Source of the DNA: a bacterium
GTDB taxonomy: Bacteria; Krumholzibacteriota; Krumholzibacteriia; LZORAL124-64-63
NCBI GenBank assembly: GCA_031441465.1
Contig: JANOEP010000024.1
Coordinates: 1-64,000, forward strand
Reading direction: 5' to 3'
DNA: 64,000 bases
Part shown: piece by piece, positions 59,858 through 64,000 of the stretch
Position numbering within the stretch: the stretch's first letter is position 1
Layout: every line of letters starts with the position of its first letter
Made by a program: the position numbers and the translations under genes
The notes under the pieces: generated by a model
The model's input: the letters and a program-made list of their open reading frames with translations, nothing else
What the model was told of the DNA's origin: nothing
The model's database searches: none

Positions 59858-61624
59858 CTATTCCCCTCGTCCGCCGGGGCGTGCCCGCAGGGCATCGCTG
59901 TCGCGGCGTCGTTGGCGGTAGGTATCCAGCCGGTGGCGGCAGTCGCGGACGATGCGCGCATGGTCGCCTGTGCCGCCGGCTTCGGGATCGGTGAGCAGGT
60001 CCGTGACGAGTCGGCGGAAGCCGTCGTCATGGGCATGCCAGCGTTCCTGGACGAACACGGCCGGGGGCGGCGCGCCGTCGCGCTGACGCTGCGCGCGCCA
60101 AGCCGCGAGTTCCTCGTGCAGCCGCCGCGCCGGTTCCAGCGTAAAATCGGCGGTCGGCCACAGTTCCAGCATCGTCTCGGCGGCATCGCCCGTCTCGTCG
60201 GCCAGGGCGTGGGCGAGCATCTGCTGCTCGACCGCCGCCGCGTCCACACGCAGCGGACCCCGGTCGGGTTGCAAGGGCCGGGCCACCGGCGGCCCCGCCG
60301 TTTCGCCCCGGGCCTCGGCGCGGCCGGTCGGGCGGGGCGAATCGGCGTGGCGGGCGACCTCCGCCCCGACCAGTTCCCTCGCCAGGCCGAAGACCTCGGC
60401 CGCTTCGTCCACCAGCAGCGAGCGACGGATCGGGTCGGGCACGCCGGCCACGGCCTCGATCGCGCGCTTGACCGCCCGTTCCCGCGCCTCGCGCCCCCTG
60501 CCGCTCTCGGCGGCCAGATCGCGCAGCAACTGCAGGTAGCCCGGCGCCGCCTCCAGGATCGCGGTCAGCGCCGCCGCGTCGCGGCCCAGCAAGAAGGACG
60601 CCGGGTCTTCGCCGGGCGGCAGCCGTCCGATGCGGGGCTCGAGCCCGCCGGCCAGCGCGGCGGCCGCGGCCTTGACCGAAGCCTTGATCCCGGCGGCGTC
60701 GCCGTCGAACAGCACGAACACCCGCGAGCAACCCCGGCGCAGGATCCGCGCCTGCTCCTGGGTGAAGGCCGTGCCGCAGGTCGCGACGCCGTTGCCGAAA
60801 CCCGCCTGGGCCAGGGCGATCTGGTCGAGATAGCCCTCCACCAGGATGGCCGTCTTGTGGCGCGCGATGGGAATCCGGGACATGGAAAAGCCGTACAGCA
60901 ACTCGCGCTTGCTGAAGTAGGGACCTTCGGCGGAGTTGAGGTACTTGGGCTCTCCCTCGCCCAGGATCCGACCCCCGAAACCAGCGATGCGCTGGGCGAT
61001 GTTGCGAACGGGAAAGATAATCCGGTTGCGGAAATAAGCAAAAGGCTCTCCGCCGTGCCCGGCGCGCACCAATCCTGTCCTCTGGGCGAGTTCGCGATCG
61101 ACGCCGCGGCGCCCCAGACCGTCGACGAGCCACGCCGTGGCGGCCGGCGCGAAACCGACGTCGTAGCGGCGCAGGATCTCCTGACCGAAGCCCCGCCCCT
61201 CGAGGTAGGCGCGGGCCTCGGCGCCCTCGCGGCCCCAGTAGGCTTCGCTCCACAGGGTGGAGGCCGATTCCTGCGCGCGGAAGAAGGCTTGCCGCTCGCC
61301 CTCGGCCTCGTCGTTGTCCACCAGGAAGCGGGCCAGGTCCACGTCGAGGGGCCGGGCCAGGATCTCCAGCGCCTCGGGGAACGACAGCCCCTGCAGCTTC
61401 ATCAGGAACGAGATGACGTCGCCGCCCTCGCCGCAGCCGAAGCACTTGTAGATCTGGCGATGGGGATTGACGTTGAAGCTCGGGGTCTTCTCGCGGTGGA
61501 AGGGGCAGAGCCCCACCAGGTTCGTCCCGGCGGTGCGGAGCGTGACGTACTCGCGCACGACCGCCGCGATGTCGGACTCTTCCTTGATGCGGGCGACGAG
61601 GTCCTTGGGCAGAACGGGTGACAT
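59858..61624 (-). CDS. dnaG: DNA primase
   Basis: CHC2 finger 'CPFH...CFGC', 'KYLNS', Toprim 'VEGYLD', 'FDGD.AG'. Confidence 0.96.
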   Translation of the reverse strand: MSPVLPKDLVARIKEESDIAAVVREYVTLRTAGTNLVGLCPFHREKTPSFNVNPHRQIYKCFGCGEGGDVISFLMKLQGLSFPEALEILARPLDVDLARFLVDNDEAEGERQAFFRAQESASTLWSEAYWGREGAEARAYLEGRGFGQEILRRYDVGFAPAATAWLVDGLGRRGVDRELAQRTGLVRAGHGGEPFAYFRNRIIFPVRNIAQRIAGFGGRILGEGEPKYLNSAEGPYFSKRELLYGFSMSRIPIARHKTAILVEGYLDQIALAQAGFGNGVATCGTAFTQEQARILRRGCSRVFVLFDGDAAGIKASVKAAAAALAGGLEPRIGRLPPGEDPASFLLGRDAAALTAILEAAPGYLQLLRDLAAESGRGREARERAVKRAIEAVAGVPDPIRRSLLVDEAAEVFGLARELVGAEVARHADSPRPTGRAEARGETAGPPVARPLQPDRGPLRVDAAAVEQQMLAHALADETGDAAETMLELWPTADFTLEPARRLHEELAAWRAQRQRDGAPPPAVFVQERWHAHDDGFRRLVTDLLTDPEAGGTGDHARIVRDCRHRLDTYRQRRRDSDALRARPGGRGE

Positions 61625-61684
61625 CGGCGCGACGCTCCTCTGGCCCTGGTCCGACCCCTCGCTGCGCGCACACCACGATCAGCC

Positions 61685-61713
61685 AACGTATCTGTTTCCC
61701 ACCCGGATGTCCA
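61685..61713 (-). promoter_or_regulatory. Putative dnaG promoter
   Basis: TGGACA-17 bp-TACGTT. Confidence 0.5.
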
Positions 61714-61746
61714 ATTTCCCGCGACCCGGCCCCGGGAGTCCCCCGT

Positions 61747-64000
61747 TCAAGCCAGCCGGATGACGGTCCGGCCCTGCCCTCCCTGGTCGGCGGGAGCATC
61801 CTGGAAGCCGGCGATGCGGGGATCCCGGGTCAGCCGCTCCAGCAGGTAGGCGCGCAAGCGCCCGGTCCCGAAGCCGTGGATGACGCCGATTTCCATGGTT
61901 CCGGCCGGGATCGCCCGGTCGATGAGGCGGTCCAGCGCCTCCCACCCCTCTTCGGCCCGGAACCCGCGCAGGTCGAGTTCGGTCGAGCCGGTGAACCCGT
62001 TGGCCGCCGTAGGGTGGGGCGCGGCCGGCGACGACGTCGCGCTCCCGGTCTCGTCGCCGGCCGCGGCCGCGACCGCACCGGCGGGCAGGGACAGGCGCAA
62101 CCCCCCGGCGAGCACCACCAACCGGCCGGCGCGAACCTCGACGACCCGGCCGTCGAGGCCGAGGTGGGGCACGCGCACGCGGTCCCCCACGGCGGGGGTC
62201 AAGGCGGGAGCGCGCAGCGCCTCGGGCGGCAGTCGGGATCCCAGGCCGGCCAACTCGTCGCGGGCGTCGCGGATGGTGCGGGTCCGGGGCCCCTCGCCGC
62301 GCAGCTCGCGCACCAGGCGTTCGAGGGTCCGGCGCGCCTCGTCCAGGAACTCCTCGCCCGCACGACGGGCCGCCGCCACGGCCTCGGCCCGCTCGCGGTC
62401 GATGCCGGCGAGTCGGATCGCCAGGGCCTCGTGCTCGCGCTGGGACGCTGCGGACAGGAGGTGGGCCTCGTGCTGCCGCTGTTCCAGGTCGCGGGCGCGG
62501 GTGCCCAGTTCGGTGAGCAGGTGCTCGATCCGGAACCGGTCCTCACCGACACGCGCGCGTGCGCGTTCCACTAGGCCGTCGGGGAAGTCCAACCGCGAGG
62601 CGATGGCGAAGGCGTGGCTCGCCCCGGGCACGCCGGCCCGCAGGGTGTACAGCGGCTGCAGGTTCTCCTCGTCGAAGTCCATCGCCGCGTTCGCCATCAG
62701 CGGATGGTCGGCGACGGCGGCCTTCAGCAGACCGGAGTGCGTGGTGGCGAGCACGAGCGCGCCGCGGTCGGCGAGCGCCTCGAGCACGGTGAACGCCAGG
62801 GCCGTGCCCTCGTCGGGATCGGTCCCGCTGCCGATCTCGTCGCAGAGGACCAGGGACTCCCCGCCGGCGCGAGCCAGGAATCCCGCGAGGTGGGACAGGT
62901 GCGCCGAGAAGCTGCTGAGCGAGCGGGCGATGGACTGGTCGTCGCCGAGGTCGACGTCGAGGCGACCCAGCAGCGGCAGCCGCGTGTCCTCGCGGGCCGG
63001 CACGTCCCAGCCGCACTGCGCCAGCAGGCACAGCAGGCCCGCGCACTTCAACGCCACCGACTTGCCGCCGGCGTTGGGGCCGCTGATCACCAGGATGCGC
63101 GCGCCGAGGGGCATGATCAGGTCCAGGGGCACGACGTCCGTGCCTTCGCGGTCCAGCAGCAGCGGGTGACGACCGGCGCGGATGTCCAGGACGCCGCCCG
63201 CGGCCAGCGCGGGGCGCGCGCCCCGCACCGCGCGGCTCCACAGCAGTGCGGCCCGGGTTTCGTCCACGCGCAGGGCGAGTTCGCAGGCCTCGCGCAGCGC
63301 GGGCGTCGCCGCCTCCGCCGCGCGGTTCAGCTCCAGCAGGATGCGCTCGGCTTCGGCCGCGGCGGCCAGCCGGGTTTCGATCAGGTCGTTCTGGAGCGCG
63401 ACGGCGGCGGCGGGTTCGATGAACAGGGTGCCGCCCGTCGCCGAGCGGTCGTGCACGATGCCCTCGACCAGGCGTTTCGAACCCGAGCGGACCGGCAGGC
63501 ACAGGCGGTCGCCGCGCAGCGTGACCTCGGTGCCGGTCGTCCAGCCGCGCTCGCGCGCGTCGGACATCGCGCGCTGCACGGACGCACGGGCCTGCCGCTC
63601 CTGATCGCGCGCCTCCCGGCGCAGGCGCCCCAGCCGGGGCGACGCCTCGTCGCGGACGCTGCCGTCCCGCTCCAGGGCGCGGGCCACCGCGCCGGCCAGG
63701 CCGGAGAGCGGCTGCAGGCAACGGGCGGCCCCGCACCAGCGGGGGTGATCCCGCTCGCGGCCGACCAGGTCGTCGCGCAGCCGCTCGAGATCGACGGCCG
63801 TCGACGCGAGGTGGACCAGTTCCGCTCCCGCCAGCCTCAGCGGCCGCGGGCGGTCCAGCAGGTCGAGGGCGTCGCTGATCTCGACCAGGGGCGGCCACTC
63901 TCCGCGCTCACCGCGCGGGCGCAGCTCGTCGGCCAGTTCGCGTCCCAGCAGGATCGGCTCCAGCCGCGCAAAGGGGCGGCGTGCGGCGAGACGGGCCGCG
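61747..64000 (-). CDS. mutS2: Endonuclease MutS2 (5' end beyond the window)
   Basis: 'GPNAGGKS', 'SLSSFSAH', 'DEIGSGTDP.EG', 'TTH', KOW-like region, Smr 'LDLRG...IHG.GTG'; frame appears open to the window edge. Confidence 0.94.
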   Translation of the reverse strand, partial: AARLAARRPFARLEPILLGRELADELRPRGERGEWPPLVEISDALDLLDRPRPLRLAGAELVHLASTAVDLERLRDDLVGRERDHPRWCGAARCLQPLSGLAGAVARALERDGSVRDEASPRLGRLRREARDQERQARASVQRAMSDARERGWTTGTEVTLRGDRLCLPVRSGSKRLVEGIVHDRSATGGTLFIEPAAAVALQNDLIETRLAAAAEAERILLELNRAAEAATPALREACELALRVDETRAALLWSRAVRGARPALAAGGVLDIRAGRHPLLLDREGTDVVPLDLIMPLGARILVISGPNAGGKSVALKCAGLLCLLAQCGWDVPAREDTRLPLLGRLDVDLGDDQSIARSLSSFSAHLSHLAGFLARAGGESLVLCDEIGSGTDPDEGTALAFTVLEALADRGALVLATTHSGLLKAAVADHPLMANAAMDFDEENLQPLYTLRAGVPGASHAFAIASRLDFPDGLVERARARVGEDRFRIEHLLTELGTRARDLEQRQHEAHLLSAASQREHEALAIRLAGIDRERAEAVAAARRAGEEFLDEARRTLERLVRELRGEGPRTRTIRDARDELAGLGSRLPPEALRAPALTPAVGDRVRVPHLGLDGRVVEVRAGRLVVLAGGLRLSLPAGAVAAAAGDETGSATSSPAAPHPTAANGFTGSTELDLRGFRAEEGWEALDRLIDRAIPAGTMEIGVIHGFGTGRLRAYLLERLTRDPRIAGFQDAPADQGGQGRTVIRLA

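Noticed and set aside
59854..60249. Extended rpoD N-terminus in the ORF track
   Set aside because: It overlaps the dnaG 3' end; ATG 59853 has a GAGGGG RBS and begins a region 1.1-like sequence

Overview
High-GC bacterial chromosomal window of about 54 CDS, almost all on the minus strand, made mostly of core genes. Contents in order of coordinate: a secreted hypothetical; a pepA-MATE-xseA-xseB-ABC(ATPase + 2 permeases) operon; a YIP1/DUF2752 pair; a 469-aa orphan; mscL; an acyl-CoA catabolic cluster (3 acyl-CoA dehydrogenases, thiolase, 3-hydroxybutyryl-CoA dehydrogenase); a lamin-tail secreted protein; a Gfo/Idh/MocA oxidoreductase; MarR-nitroreductase; mutA-mutB-meaB (B12 methylmalonyl-CoA mutase); an orphan GatC-like ORF; a secreted M1 aminopeptidase; a diguanylate cyclase with a sigma-28-type promoter; uvrD/pcrA; a three-gene outer-membrane cluster (TamA-like, TamB, peptidase/beta-propeller-Omp85 fusion); rplM-rpsI-rpsB-tsf-pyrH-frr-uppS-cdsA-dxr-rseP; recJ-rel-dtd-maf-mtnA; RNase P RNA; an N-terminally extended RNase HI; tRNA-Val(CAC); tRNA-Ile2(CAT); rpoD-dnaG; and a 5'-truncated mutS2. 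The C-terminal tags on the secreted proteins suggest (inference only) an FCB-related candidate lineage such as Krumholzibacteriota/Latescibacterota. I found no CRISPR array, IS, prophage or defence island. The best leads are the Omp85/TamB trio together with a short C-terminal 'SWGxIKxxY' tag on a secreted protein, the 469-aa orphan, the HTH-like RNase H fusion, the orphan GatC-like protein, and several cis-elements (sigma-28 promoter, promoter inside dnaG, long structured rplM leader). All annotation is by eye; no database searches were run, and several start codons were re-chosen from RBS and overlap evidence.
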